Positions 1 through 14,800 of a stretch of DNA of 64,000 nt are shown piece after piece. Position 1 is the first letter of the stretch, and every line of letters begins with the position of its first letter. Made by a program: the position numbers and the translations under genes. The stretch is from positions 14,449,129-14,513,128 of the forward strand of contig CM082576.2 of the NCBI GenBank assembly GCA_040954595.2, given 5' to 3'. The DNA comes from Balanoglossus misakiensis. Lineage: Eukaryota; Animalia; Hemichordata. Under the pieces are notes generated by a model. It made no database searches. It was not told the origin of the DNA and worked only from the letters and a program-made list of their open reading frames with translations.

Positions 1-658
1 TGTTTTCCTTTTCATGTTAATTTTCATGTAGATTGCAATGTTTACTTAATTCTACATTTATTTGACTTTTGAGTCAGTAGGTAAAATAAGGTTTGGTTTA
101 TAATATCAGAACCACACAATTATTTTTCTTAAACTATATTTACATGTATTGTATCACATTTACAAAACGAGGGCAGTGTGTCAATGTAGCTTTGATTTTG
201 AAGCAAACTGAGGGTTACACAGCGAAAAACCTATTTCCTGGTATGCCGAATGTACATGTAGGAGGATGCCATAACCATCTGCGACTCCTTACCTACCACT
301 GTTGTGTTGGGAAATGACCTTGGGTGCTGGGAGTACCGGTATGCGAATGTATGATTTTGCAAAAAAATCTTGATACACAACATTGTTTACTTGTAAAGGG
401 ACAGGTAAACCACTCGAGCACACATTGAGTCAACACGGTATGATATACAGCAAAATCAATACGACAGTATGATAACGTATGATAACAGGGAAGTACAACT
501 AACGGTACATTGCAAGCGACACAAATGATGGCTGTTATGTTCATACTTTGAACTCAGGATACATGTATGCGAAATCTGTAAACAAACACTGATTCAGGAA
601 ATACTAGTAATGTGACAAATTTTATGGCAGATTTGATCAATACTTTTCCATGGCTTAC

Positions 659-3600
659 CAGCAAGTGTCCTTTTGATGGTGTACTCCTTGACTACAAAAT
701 GGGAGTCTTCTAGAACTCTCACGGCCAAAGTCATGCAGTCTGCTTCACTGCTCTGATACACTATGAAGCTCTGTAGAGACAATTTGCAAAGTATAGTTGA
801 CACACATATGACACTATGAATTTACAGTACAATCCTTCAATTAAGCTTCGCCCATGATTAGGCATCAGACAGACCTGACTTTGTAATATTTTACTCATTG
901 ATAAACACCAGCAAAGACTAGGAAGTCTTGGTATCGTGCTGCCAAAGTAAGTTTAATGCTTCCAATGTGAATGATTAGGTGACATATTAATATTACCAAA
1001 TTTCACGAGGCACCCAATCTGATTAAAATCAGATGTAGAGTTAAGTGCTGTTTTTAGCTTTGGTGATCGTTATGGCAAGCAGGAAAAGGGGACATGTTTT
1101 ATTAACATACTGCACAAACTGAAGTGCTGTAAAAATATTTTAAATAAGGAAACGATTTGATCTAAAACCATCAAAATATTTTCTGCAATCATGGTGTTAT
1201 GTCGGTTGGTATGGGTAAATACTTTTTCTACAATCTCAACAATTTATTCATATCACACATAACAATTGTAGCAATAGTATTTACCCATACCTACCAACCC
1301 TAACACCATCGTTGCAGAAAATATTTTGATGTTTTGAGATCAAATCTCAACAATTTATTCATATCACTCATAACAGAAGTGGAATGTACACTGCACAGAT
1401 CCAAAACTTACCCCTAGTCTTTGCGCATGAAGCATGTGCACCACCACTTTGTGGCTGGTTGTGGAGGGCTGATACCACACAGGGTGTGTTGGTATTAGGC
1501 GATCGACAACATCAATGTCTTTCACACTTGCTGCTAACTGTTCGCACACAGTAGGGGCTTTGTGGGGTGAGGGTGCCATAGGGAGTTCCTGAAACGAATG
1601 ACACCAAAACTTGTCTCATGAGAGAGAAAGTAGAAACGCACAGAAGAATCACATGAGATTATTAATTTTTTTTACCACTTTCATGACTACATCTTTTTTA
1701 ATAGCAGATTACGTAGCAATTAAAAAATAATAATCTCTGGTATTAACTCTAAACTTGCACAAACTAGGCAGTGCTCTTCCCTGACCAATTACAAAGCAGC
1801 CAGCAGCCGCCACTCTGTAATTTGTGTAAAAACAATATAACTCATTAACATAACAATTACAAACATTGTTATGTAAATTAGTTGTCACTCTGTCAGAAAT
1901 TCCTGGGGAGAACACTTGTTGGTCATTCAGGTATATGGATTTGAACTTGTCCAAATAAGCCCAATCAGGTACTGAACACATCCCATCTTCGAACATCATT
2001 TTCTGCCACAGGTAGGCATTTGAGTTGTGGTATTCAGCCTGTTTTCCAGTGTAATTTCAACTGAAACAAAACACTGTCTAGCAGACTTAATCTGCCAAAA
2101 GTGATGCCCTTATAAACTTTGACTTGCAGAGAATTAACTTACATGTAAACAAGACATAAATCTGTCAAAGGAAATTTCTTTTTTTTTCTTTTTTTTGTTA
2201 CCTCAATAAACACAGGACTGTCCCGATTGTCGTCTGTATCACTGCTTTCCGAGACACCTGCAACATCTACTTTTTCGGCTTCGTCTGCACAGCTAATGTA
2301 GTCTTCAAATTCTTCATTGCTGGAAGTAAGATGAAAAAAAAGCCAAAATGTTATTTGATTGAAATTTTTCTTTTCAGGCTACTGCCTCAATGCATGGAGT
2401 GAAATTGCCACAAAATGGCTGAGATGAGCGATGCATCAATGGGTTATCTTTTCACCGAAACCACCCCAAAATTTACATTTATGTTGCGAGTGGTCAATCG
2501 GTACACTATCAGTTGCCCGAGAGTGTCCTTGGCATTTCCTGTTGTTCATATGCCGGGTAGACAAACTCAGCTGACTGATATTATTAAACTGATTATCTAC
2601 GCCAAGAGCGCTGGGGGAAAACACAGCAACCAGAATACATCTAAATGTCTGATGCATCACTAGATCAACATTGGAATATGTAAACTTGTCAACTGCAATT
2701 TTGCACTGTACAAGCACCTGTCAGGATATTACATTCACAATTAGCACACAAGGTCACTGCTCCAATATGAAACTATCTACGAACTATGACCTTGATTCAG
2801 TCTCATACCCAATGAAAGTCCCATAGAAAGAAAAATATGAATTGTCTGCTATGAAAGGTCAGTCAGAAAGTGACCCCCTTCTACTAACAGAAACTATAAA
2901 ATATTGGTATAAGTATAATTGACCAAAAAAGTAGTTTAACATCCAATTACATTTACATGTACCAAAAATGGTAGAATATTTAGATTTGTTGAGAAATTTC
3001 TTATCGTCAATATTTAAATAAACAGCCCATTACATTTCAATGACATTCCACAACTAACACACCCCCTTGGTTTATACCCAACAATCATATATTTCTGTAT
3101 CCACAGTTTACTGGAGTGGATAGTTTCATCGCGGCTATTTCGGGAAGAATTTGACAAAATTGTGATACAGCTGATCACGACATCACATGTATCTACTGGT
3201 TCTAAGTAATTAATATGGACAGTTATCTGCCTGTCAATATCTGTACAGGTATAAATCATACAAGTTGTCCTTCCTATAATTTGTCTCAAGCCATATAATG
3301 AACCCTGGACCTGCTTTGTGATATTGTTATTATTTCACAGAATGACCAGCCCTGGGTTGAACACATCTGTAATGAAATTACATGTATGCTGTTTGGATCA
3401 TGGCCATGTTTAGAGAGATTTGAGAGTGCCCACTGCCCGCAATGTAACCAGGGAAATAATCTACAATATCAACAATATGCAATACTGCTGTTTGGTGAGT
3501 GAGATCAACAAGCGTACAATATGTGCAAATACAAGATTGGAATGAAACCAAGATTAATGCACGTGATTTATGAACTTGCCGCGTTCAGATCTTTGATTAC

Positions 3601-6600
3601 ATTTAAGTTTTACAAGTTCTTTTTTGTGCTGTGAACGGTATTAAATTAAAATACAGGTAGACCTACATGTAATAAACTGGAGCTAAATAGATCTGTGCAA
3701 ATGCAAATGTACATGTACATGTATACATGTACCTGAACATTTGGTTGCTAGAATATCTACCACAAACCTTTTTGCCTAGCAACAGGTTCATAACAATGTC
3801 ATAAAAATTGCAGGACTATTTTAAGCATGATCGAGTTAGATCACCTAGCTGCTTTCAACACAGATACATGCCATATCAAATTAAACTAATTATTTTTGAA
3901 ATACCATCATGCAATTAAAAAATAAATAATTATGCAAACTACACTTACTGTACTTATATTCAAGCACAACTGCCCACTTACTGTACTTAATATATTCAAG
4001 CACAACTGCCAACCACTGACTACATGTACATGTAGATTTGTAGCTGTGCCTTCCCAACTACAAGTATATTAAACCCCCGGTACTGAGCACACAAATTCAG
4101 CTACATGTACTGTGAGACTCCCAGCAGAGCAGATGCAAGTGTGACTATACCCACTAGTATTCTGCAGTCAACTTACACTGACAATTACATATTTCCACAA
4201 ATATGACACGATAATGCATATTCCCTTTGTGCACGGGGAGCAAAACATATCACGTGTCTTATCTTGCGCCGTTACTGTTACACCAGTCTCTCGATAGTAC
4301 ATCCGCCCCCTCTAACTGCGATACACTATCCTCACACACCCGGAAGAAGCCGGAAAGGAATATTTAAAATAGAACAGAAGAACAAATGAGGATTTACCTT
4401 ATTTGCCGTGATTTTGAAGTGGGGCTTGAAGGTTTCTCCGAGCCGCTGGCGGTTTCTGGAAACACCTCACATAAATCACTCAGCATCATATCCAAATCGC
4501 TGGCTATGCTGCCCAAAAACTACAATAAAAAGTGCCAAACAACACTGCCATTAATCTCTCATCATGATTTGTCTTTCATAACATGTGTGCAATTGTTACT
4601 TCCTTCACTGAAGTCAAAGGTCAGACACAGGCCCGGTGCCTGTTACATCAAGGGTCGTTTGCGTACAATGCTACCAATGCAACAAGGAAACTCAACCAAC
4701 CATTGCAGTGCAAGCTTCTCTTGATAGTTCGACAAAGGAGAATATTATTGAACAATGCCTGTCTACTTTCTACCGACATCTGGAAGAGTACTCCCTCACA
4801 TACTTGTGTAGGTCGCATTTTTTGTTGCTACATGTATACAATGACCACCACTATGCACTGTCGCTTGAAATGATTCTTTGCACATTATTCAATTAGAAAA
4901 ACACATGTCTGGCTAAAGCACATGTAAGTCTGCACAGTACTTTTATTGTACATGTAACCTTGGAGAATTAATTTCAGGCATGTCTTAAAGGGACAAAGTC
5001 TCTTTCTCGCTCCCCCTTTTCCATGAATTATTTTTGATACAAGACACCATTTTATGTTAAGTAGCACAAAATGGCCCAAAACCGTCTACACATTTGATTA
5101 ACAATATTTGGCAGACAGAATTATCATATGTTTACTGTGTAAATAAAAACACATCTTTGAAGGCCTCTCTTCAAGTGTCACCCATATCAGAATCTAAGCA
5201 ATTCCATGACACAGACACAGAGAGATATATGACAAAAAACCCAGCAGATCGCTATTGACCATATGGATGTAAGAGAGAGCTACATGTAGGGGAAGTCAGA
5301 GTGCACTAATATTCAATTCAGGCATGTAAAACATTTTTATCTGGATGAGTTGTCGAAAACACTATGAGTATTTAGTACAAACTGTTTACCTTATAAGTGT
5401 TGTACGAATGATCCAGTAGCAATTCATGGCATGTATATGTATATACAATGAAACCCAAAATATCTTTACAGAGTAAATGTTTACACTAGGAATTTCAAAA
5501 CATTTCTGGTAGCCGATAGATGTGGCAAGATCACGTATTCTAAAATGGCACCACTTGTCACATTGTACAGTGAAAAAAAGATGCATAAACTACGGCCTTG
5601 GTTTTTGGTGTGGCAGAATATGTCAAACTCAAACTGTACCATTACATGTAGGCAATTGTCAAGTTGGTGTGCATTTTATGTAAACAGCAAGATAGTCATA
5701 GTTTTATGTCTCTCCTTCTGAATTCACGTGTTTTTTTTTGTCTGGTATAGGCCTATGGATCGTTCAACAAGACTGAGTTTTAGATGTGCTTTGAGTTTGG
5801 TTTCTCAGGAAAAAGCCATTTTCACCAAATATAACCGTTTACAAAAACAGACAAAAATAATGCCAGAAGTTGAATATTAGGGATTCATAAAATTTGCACA
5901 TTTTGTTTCATGGGACATTGCCTGAGTAACATTAATAGTGAGTTAACAATGCCTTACCTATAGGAAAATTTTCATATCATGTGATAAAAACACCAAGCCT
6001 GGCATTTTTTCCCCATTTTTTTGGCATACTACATGACAAAATCACCAAGATATTTTTGTAAAGAATCATCTGAATTATACATGACAAAAATGGCTTTTCC
6101 TGAATAACTGAACCCCAAGCTCAGATATAAATCTAAAAATCAGCCTTTACTGAACTTCCCCTTTAAATCAATAGAGTTTCCAGTTTTATTCAAGCTTGGC
6201 TAAGCTTGTATCCTTACACAAACCAAGCTTGAATGGGCTATTCTAACAAACAGAAAAGAACATAAAAAGTCATAGGTAAATGTGATCACAGTTTCTCTGC
6301 AAGGGGAACAGGATTGAGAGAGACTTGGAGTGGTGCGAGTCTGTATAATGCATGCACTTGGTCAGTATAAAAATTAAAATGGTTTTCATAATCACATAGA
6401 CCATAAATACTGTAAAACAGGAAATTTTCGTGAACAATAATTTTTTGCAAACTACGCGAGAGCCCCTAAAACGCGAAAAATAAAAAAGGTCCCGTAAAAA
6501 TGTTTTTGGAGATAACGATGCAGTGAAATACAAGAACGTGAAAATTAATAGTTGCGTGACAGTTGCCTCTTTTGATATCACAAGAATTTCCCATTTTACA

Positions 6601-6910
6601 GTAAATTCCATACATCTACACAAATGGAACTACATTTTTACAAACCTTGCGTTCACCTATCAGATCATCGTTTTAAATCACTGTTACTTCTAACAAGTAT
6701 AAATGTCATGGAAGTCTATAAATATTCTGTACCAACCGGGGTTACTTTATTATAAAAATTCACCAAAAAAGTCAGTTTTCTACTTACATCCATATAACTG
6801 GATCTCCTCCTGGCCACTCGACTGTCCAAGTCAGTGACAGTCAGGAACTGACTCTTGGGCCTTCTTGTTGACATTGTGGACATCAATGAAGCTGTTCCAT
6901 CAAATTGCAT
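659..6910 (-). CDS. Ras and Rab interactor (RIN1/2/3, Sprint family) SH2-containing protein, 5' part; continues beyond window start
   Basis: In-frame GT-AG exons 6910-6788, 4519-4398, 2319-2202, 1588-1412, 770-659. Spliced peptide includes DRLIPTHPVWYQ...HMLHAQRLG|SFIVYQSSEADCMTLAVRV...VKEYTIK, matching the RIN-family SH2 N-terminus (recalled RIN2 DRLLHTHPIWLQ...GIFLV...KEFAIK). Probable non-coding first exon ends at 8556. Confidence 0.8.
1155..1346. mobile_element. Palindromic MITE-like element
   Basis: Imperfect inverted arms gatttgatct..catcaaaatattttctgcaa..ggtatgggtaaatact / agtatttacccatacc..ttgcagaaaatattttgatg..agatcaaatc. Confidence 0.6.
5760..6166. mobile_element. Degenerate MITE with long imperfect TIRs
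   Basis: gttca..ctga..tttagat..tcaggaaaaagccattt at left mirrors aaatggcttttcctga..atctaaaaatcag..tgaac at right. Confidence 0.4.
6408..6603. mobile_element. TA-flanked (Tc1/mariner-type) MITE
   Basis: Ends tactgtaaaa..gaaatt / aatttc..ttttacagta; the internal sequence recurs at 25405-25606. Confidence 0.65.
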
Positions 6911-8689
6911 TTACTGAAATTGCAAGAAAAGCAGAGCTTTATTTTCATAGTAAAGACTGGAAGAACAACACCAGACATGTATGCAAATAGACCTGAAGGG
7001 TTTAAATATTTTTCATGAATAAATGTGGAAAATATGGAATCTTAACAAGTGTTTGCAATTACATGTACAATATCTTCTGAAAATTGTTTTAAACAAATTA
7101 TTTTGTAAATAAATCATTTGGACATACTAAACCAAACCTGGAATATGTGAAAGATCATGTATTTTTAAAGTTGAACCTGCTATAAATGAAAGACATTTTG
7201 ATTTTGGTTGTTTCTGAGTACATGTAGTTCCATAGAATTTGCAGAAATTGACGCAGTAGAACTTCAGTAACCAGAATTCATGGGATTGTGATCCAACATT
7301 TATCCACTTTCCAAGTTAGAGTGTGTTAAGTGAACCACAGCAGGTATCACCTGCAATTAACTGTACGTAACAGCTCCCTCAGACAATGCAATCAATGTTC
7401 AACAGACTTCCTATCAACCACTTGAATGACCTCAGAATTACTGTTGATCTACATAATCCAGCATTACAGCTCACGCTCAGTACTAAACATAAACCTTTCC
7501 CAAATGTACAATGAACTCTTAATCTTATATATTTATGCTTACAACTTCTTATATACATGCATAGTAGTGATTTTGATTTAAATTTTCTTTAGTTGCTGTT
7601 CCTATTCAAAGCAAAACTAAAACTATCCATGCCTTGAATACAACTGTTGTCATTTGCAATCAGTTGATTATTTTAAAATATTTAAAAACATTTTAGCACT
7701 ATTTAATTATGCCAGCCCTTACATGTATGTTAATGTAATGGTATGTACATGATATAAGCAAACCATATGGTCTACAGATGACTGACAACAAAACATCCTG
7801 TGTAAAGTCATGGTCAAGTACCTATTTAAAAGTTGATATGGTTGAAAGGAATGTCATTCATGTCATGCATGATGTCATAAGTTTTCGGTTTTTGTTTGCT
7901 TTGTGGTCTGTGCCTTTGATTTGCGGGCGTATGGCGAAAAATTGTAGTTTTTTTTAGTGCTATCGTTTAGTTATGACGTTGGACGCAATATTCCTGAACA
8001 TATTTAAGGACCTTCAGTATTGCGTTCATCATTGTGCGAACCAGTGTGTACCGCATTTCAACTTGAAGTGTCAATCTCGTTCTATCGTGTCATGGTTCAG
8101 TTTGTGTCATTCCATGATTCTTTAACACTATGATGCAGAGAGAAGCAAAGTGGAAATGTCTGCTGGTTTTTCTGCTTTGAACAATATATTCAATCAATGA
8201 GAGTACGGTACGCGTATGTGGACGGTGTGGAGTTTCACTCTCATCGGCGCAGAGAATAAAGTTTTGTACATTTGTAGTTGTACTTCCTCCTACGTCAGTA
8301 TGTGAGCGCTAGTATTTATAAGTTTGTCAAACAATTGTGGTTTTACTTCAGTCTTATCCAGAACCCCCAAACAATTTCCGTTTAGATCTATTCCGGTAAC
8401 ACATTTTGTCTATTTCATCGCTAACACTGACACTTCATCAAGTTCATGTCAGATCACACACGAAGTACTGAAATGAAAACAGTCATCGACGACTGCGTGG
8501 TCGTCGATTCAGACTACTTGCGCTACACCATCCCATAAGTGGAAATAATACATACCTAATATTCTCCTGAAACAGAGGTTGAAGATAAAGATAAACTTCT
8601 CCGCTTTGAGGGATCATCGATTCTGTAAACGATCCATTACGCAGAAACGAGTGAAAAATGAGAGTAGCGTGCCAAGTTTACGCTGAAGT

Positions 8690-8860
8690 GTAACACGGAA
8701 GCGGAAGTGACTAATACTGAGAACGTACATTCCCCGGTCTCCCAGAATGCACCATCTTAGCCCTTTAACTCTCTGTTGTTTGTATACATTCAAATATTTA
8801 TTGGTATGTTAGGGTAGCCAACTGTTTAGGTATGACCTTTGACCCCAAAGAAAATGGCGT
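8690..8860. promoter_or_regulatory. Bidirectional promoter shared by the RIN-like gene and DDX52
   Basis: About 200 bp separates the divergent 5' ends. Tandem ETS/GABP sites CGGAAGCGGAAGTG (~8696-8709), a ZNF143/Staf-like TCCCAGAATGCA (~8740-8751) and a YY1-like AAAATGGCG over the DDX52 ATG. Confidence 0.6.
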
Positions 8861-11800
8861 CCTCCATGCACATGTTCGCAAAACTTGGAATTGGTGTGAA
8901 ATTCAATGCCAAACGCTTTAAGAAGGATGCAGAGCGGTTCCAGGTACATTTTCTATTGTAGTCATTGCGTCAAAGCGGTTATGACAAATACGTGTAACTT
9001 ATATGCAGCCGATTGCGCACACCACCCATTCATTCCCTTTCCATTCATTGAAATATTGGTCGTCCCTGGTTTATTGATATGTGTACTGCTCCATCAGTCA
9101 AACTTTATAGAAAAGAACTTTGCAAAATGAAAGTTATATGTGAACCTGTATTTTGAACTCGTTTTGTGTGAATAATTTCGCGTCAACGGTACCGCAGGGC
9201 CGGGCAAGGGCATGGCCATGTTTTATTAAGGGGGAGGGGCTTGACATGAAACGGCACCGCTGGTTGTTAAGCTCAGTCCACCTCCATAACCATGCTCAGT
9301 CCAAAATGGCAAAATAAAATAGTATTTTAATAGTTTTTGACCTGGCCTACAAGTTTCTTGGGAACATGTGTGTTGTGGGGAACCTCCATGTTATTCTGCC
9401 ATTCTTGTTCCATTGAAATCTACGTTGTGCACTTAGGTGATGCAAACTGTCATTTGTCCATGTTTCAAAAATCAGATAACGATAGTCTGCACAGGCTAAA
9501 ACCTGCACCCAACTGTCCTCAAATTTAAAATTAGAAGCAAGAAAAAATGATTAGTGATGTCAAAGGGGAAGAAATGAGAGCTACCTGAACATAATTTGTA
9601 AATATGAATTTTCAATTTTCCCTTACATGTACATGTACCAAAGATGACAAACAGTCCAGATGTGCCCCCAGAGCAGAGCCCATTACAGGAGAAGAGCCAG
9701 GATTCTGAATGTCAATCTGCCACAACACAAATTTACACAACTGCCAAAAACAAAAAGAAACGTAAGAGAGATGAAGATAATGGTAGTGGTGACACAGTAG
9801 ATGAATCACTTGATGTCTTTGGCCGTGATGATGATGGTAAGGAGAGGAAAAGAGGCAAAGAACACGCGGAGGTATCAAGGAAGCTAGAGATTGACGGAGA
9901 ACATGAAGAGCAAATCAGAAGAGAAAAGGTAGAGTAAAAAGTACATTACACCATGTCTGGCTGAGATAAACTCATGATATAGAAGAACTTATATAATTTA
10001 AGCTGTTCTGTCTTGTGCAGTGATGTTGCAAGGCAGTCGCAGGATGAAATTTTGAATGCAAAGTCTGTATTCCAGTTTCCACAGATGTTTTGCTATGGGA
10101 ACATCCTATGGCATTCTGGGTAATTTCAAGATAACTGTACCTCTGTCCGGCACAGAACAGTGATTCCTTTCATTCAAACTGAATTACAATAATTACATCA
10201 TGTACAGAATGCAACTTTTGTGTCATGTCATGCTCAGGTCTTTCAGGTTTTTTTTTCCTGTCAAATGGATACGCGCATGTGCCCTCAGACTCTGATAACG
10301 GCTTCATTTTCCATCACCAGATAACTGCATTCCGACGAAAGAAGAAAATCCATGTGCACGGCACGGATATTCCAGATCCCATAGCCTCATTTCAGCAACT
10401 TCAACAAGAATACAGCGTTCACCCAACTCTGCTGAAAAACATTGACAGTGTCGGCTACCAATCACCGACTCCAATTCAGATGCAAGCCATACCCCTCATG
10501 TTACATGTGAGTAGTGCGGTAGAATTGTATATAGGCCAAACAGGGATGATAAAAGGTCCGCTACGCATACTGGGAAATTCATTAAAGCATGTTAGCAAAG
10601 TATTTTGTTCGTTGCCATGTCAAAATTCCATTTTCAGTAGTTTTGGGAAATGTAAAAGACTTCAGAGTGTTGAACTGTTTACTCTCTTATGAAATTAGTT
10701 ACAACAGAGAATTTGTGAGACATTTAGGATTTTTGATATTGCTGTATTTGGGATAAAAGAATTTTGATTTTTGTATTTCATTAGAGGAGAGAAATCCTGG
10801 CCTGTGCACCGACTGGATCTGGAAAGACAGCAGCATTCATATTACCTGTGCTGTGCCACTTGAAAGTAAGTGTTACCTCACTTGCATTTCACATTGTTAC
10901 ATGTAATGTAAAGCAACTGCCTAATCTGGAATCCATAGAGATCGTTCTTCATACATGTATCAGATTGTTGAATGGAATCTCGGGACCGTTAACATGATTC
11001 AATAATAAAAATGGGTTAATTAGAATAATTGGCTCACTGATCAGTGTTTGTTCTTGTATAATTAAAGCATTCACCATTTCATGTTAATCAGACCGAAACA
11101 TCAAACACACTTAACCACTCATGATGATAAACCTTGAAAATTTAATTCTTGAAATTCAAAGCAAACAGAAAATTATAATTTACCCGAGATAGGTACTTCA
11201 TGTACTGAATAGCAGGTGTTTCTTTCATCTTGCCACGAAATCTGCCTTCGAGACAATCAAAAGTGCTAAACACAGCCAAATGCAATGATTACGTTTAACC
11301 AGGAACCAAGACGGAAAGGTTTCCGTGCCATTGTCTTGGCGCCAACACGAGAGTTGGCACAACAGACCTACAGAGAGTTCTGCCGACTTGCAGAAGGCAC
11401 CGGTCTAAAGATTCATATGATAAATAAAGCATCGAAGGCTATCCAGAAATTCAGTAACAAGACTTCTCAAAAGTTTGGTAAGTTTAACCCTGTCAGCGTG
11501 AGCGCCACGGTTTACTCCAAACTTATTGATTTTGCTTGAAAGTAACAGTGCATCAGAGTGATATGAGAGAATAAATTTACATTTTCTTTACAGACATTTT
11601 GGTCTCAACACCAAACAGAGTCGTGTACATGTTGAATCAAGACCCTCCTGCTATTCAACTCCATAAGTAAGTACCGGGTATAATAAGTAGATGATTTTCC
11701 CCATAATACCTGTCTCTCAAAATGGCTTGTCACAAGGTTTGAGATCAGGTGTCAGTTGTTCTTGAATTCACTTCAAAATAAGATTTTATGTATATATGAG

Positions 11801-14800
11801 CTCAAAACATAGCGATCAAGCCCCTTGCTTTCAAGAAAAGGGCTGAGCAGCTAGCGATAAAGTTCGCTATATGCAAATTCATGGAAAAAAAATATATTTC
11901 TTATTGACAGGAAAAGTTTAGTTCAACAGGGCATGTCCAAGTCTTCAAATGACCAGTGCCTTTTTTTCACATGTGCCACCCGCTGAAAATCTGTGATTTG
12001 CTAAATTTCAGTTTTTCCATGGTTAAATTTGCATAGGTACCATACACATGTACCAGTAGCTTTAACAGAAGTATATGAGTTTGCAATTCCTACCAGTGTT
12101 TGTTGAAAATTTCCCAGAATTGTTTGTGCAGTCCTGATGATATTGAAGCAAATCTACATTACAGTTGTGGTGACATTAGTCATGAAATAGTTAATAGTTT
12201 CTGTACCAGCCACCAGAATCCAAAATCAACACCGTTATTTATATTGTGTGTGCTTTCTTCACAGTGTAGAATGGTTGGTGATCGATGAGTCTGATAAATT
12301 ATTTGAAGAGGGCAAGCAAGGATTCCGTGAACAGTTAGCCGCTATTTACAAAGCGTGCGACTCGAGTCAAGTTCGACGCGCAATGTTCAGTGCTACGTAT
12401 GGCTACGATGTGGAACAGTGGTGTCAGTTAAATCTGGACAATGTTGCAAGTGTCATCGTTGGGCAAAGGTTGGTGAAATGCAGACTTTGCCCCCGCCACA
12501 TCGATGTTACTTACTGGGAATATTTAGAGTATTTTCCAAAGAATAAATTCAAAAGCTTGCCGAACACCTGGGGTCTCAGTCGTTGCGTAAAAAGTCCTCA
12601 GTGCTGTTCGCCTAGAGCTGGTACTACATTGAGAATCCAACAGCAGCTACCATTTAATCTAAATTTCTCACATATTTTTGATAAATGGAAGAATAACCAC
12701 TCATCAAATTTCTGTGATCCACATGACGTGTGCCATACTTCTGATTGTCTATGAAACTGTACATTGTAATTTGTGGAATTGTAATTTCTTTATGATCATG
12801 ATATCTGGCGAGGTGAGTCCTCAGGTGATCTATGACCTCAGATTTGCTGTATCTGTTTTCACTGTCTAGGAATTCTGCTGTTGAAACAGTGCAACAAGAA
12901 CTACTACAGGAGTATGGAAAGCTGCTGGCTGTAAGGGAAATTATACAAAAGGTATGACTATATTGGGATTTTTTTTTAAATTAAACTTCTGTTTTCTGAA
13001 GATAAAAGCTGTAAACATCCACATTACATTTATAAGTTGTTCTGATATATAGCATGCTATCTGTATGCAGTGTTTTTTGATATGCTGGAGAAAAATTATC
13101 AGTTTTTGATCATATAAATATTTAGGGGTTATTACACAAAGTTTGGTCCATAACGCGTCGTATTCGAGTGATGTGTCCGTATTTTAACGAGTTGCAAAGC
13201 AACGAGTTAAAATAAGGACATCACGAAAAAACATTTTTCATCTTCACAAAACCCTTAACTGTTTCTTCGTTATGCCCCGTCCTGATGATAAATGACAATT
13301 CTGTTAACCTTTCCAGGGTGTCCAACCACCAGTACTTGTTTTTGTGCAGTCCAAAGACAGAGCCAAGGAATTATTTCACGAGTTACTGTATGACAGCATA
13401 AATGTAGATGTGATTCATGCTGACAGAACACAACAAGAGGTATGGCATGTCTTGTTTCATAATGCTGGCTTTATGAAAGAGCTCATGCTCATGTATTCAT
13501 TGAAACAACTTCAGATGGATATATGATTTTTTTTCACCAAAAACATAGTGGTATTAGCAAAATGTGTGATTGATAGATGACATCTGAGATTTTAAACAGG
13601 GCAGGATTTTTGGGCTCTTGAATTGGCCTTGCACTTGGAAATACATTTTGTGGTAGTGTACTGCACCTTGAGAGGTCATGGACAAAGCACAAATAGAGGG
13701 CAGTAAGGAAATATACATCATGGTTATTACTGTGGGTTTTTTTAAGTTCTCAATGACTGCCCTTGTTTATTTAAAAACATAATGATTGAGCAATCTTCAG
13801 AAAGGTGAGAAAATTTAACAGGGTGATCAAAATTTTTGGAAAATGCCCACCTCACTTTTGCCATCAAATATCTAGCAATTTCTTAATACGCCCTAGATCT
13901 GTGCTGGCAAACTTTCCTTGCATTCCATGTCATCCTATGTGCCACCATTGGGTACCCAGTATGGCTCTGGTAAACATTTCATATTGGAAATGTGTTGAAA
14001 CTCAGGAACATAAATAATTTTGGTGTTCGCTTAGTTGTTATGACAATATTTTTATTGGGACAATAGTTAATCATACTGTTTTTAAAAGATTAGTCAGAAT
14101 GATACACAACAAATTTATTTGTATAATTTCTTTTTACCAGAGAGACAATATTGTCCAAAGTTTCCGAGCTGGCAAGATTTGGGTGTTGATTTGCACTGAA
14201 TTGATGGGCCGTGGTATCGACTTCAAAGGAGTGAATTTAGTGATCAACTATGACTTCCCGTCGTCCGCGGTCAGTTACATCCACAGGATAGGGAGAACTG
14301 GCAGAGCTGGAAGACCTGGGAGAGCCATTACACTATTTACACACACAGATCTCAAGAATCTCAGAAGGTGTGTATACCCATGGTTTGTGTCAGTAATAAT
14401 TTTCAGACAAATTTCATAGCGATTACCGGTAGGTAAAATATACTGTGAGTGAGTATATTTCTGTTAATGTATTTATCTGTTTGAGCTGGATTTTGTAAGA
14501 AAATTGAACTTTATTTGTTGTATTGAGCATGTTTTGATATGAAAATATGTTTGATCTAAGAATTGCGGACATATAGGGGAAAGAATCAAATTTTTTTCCC
14601 AAGGACATGTCAGCGTAGACCAGTGATGGATCATTTGCATATGTAAATTTCTCCAGATTATAACTTTAATTTGTTTCTTCTTTGGTAGTATTGCTGGTGT
14701 TATGAAGGAAGCGGGCTGTCCTGTACCAGACTACATGCTGCAACTCAAGAAACCTAGCAAGTGAGTGACGACCATGAGAAGGGTCAATCAACAGGTGGCA

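Noticed and set aside
12284-12295. DESD instead of DEAD in helicase motif II
   Set aside because: DESD is the normal DDX52 motif as I recall it, so it is not novel.
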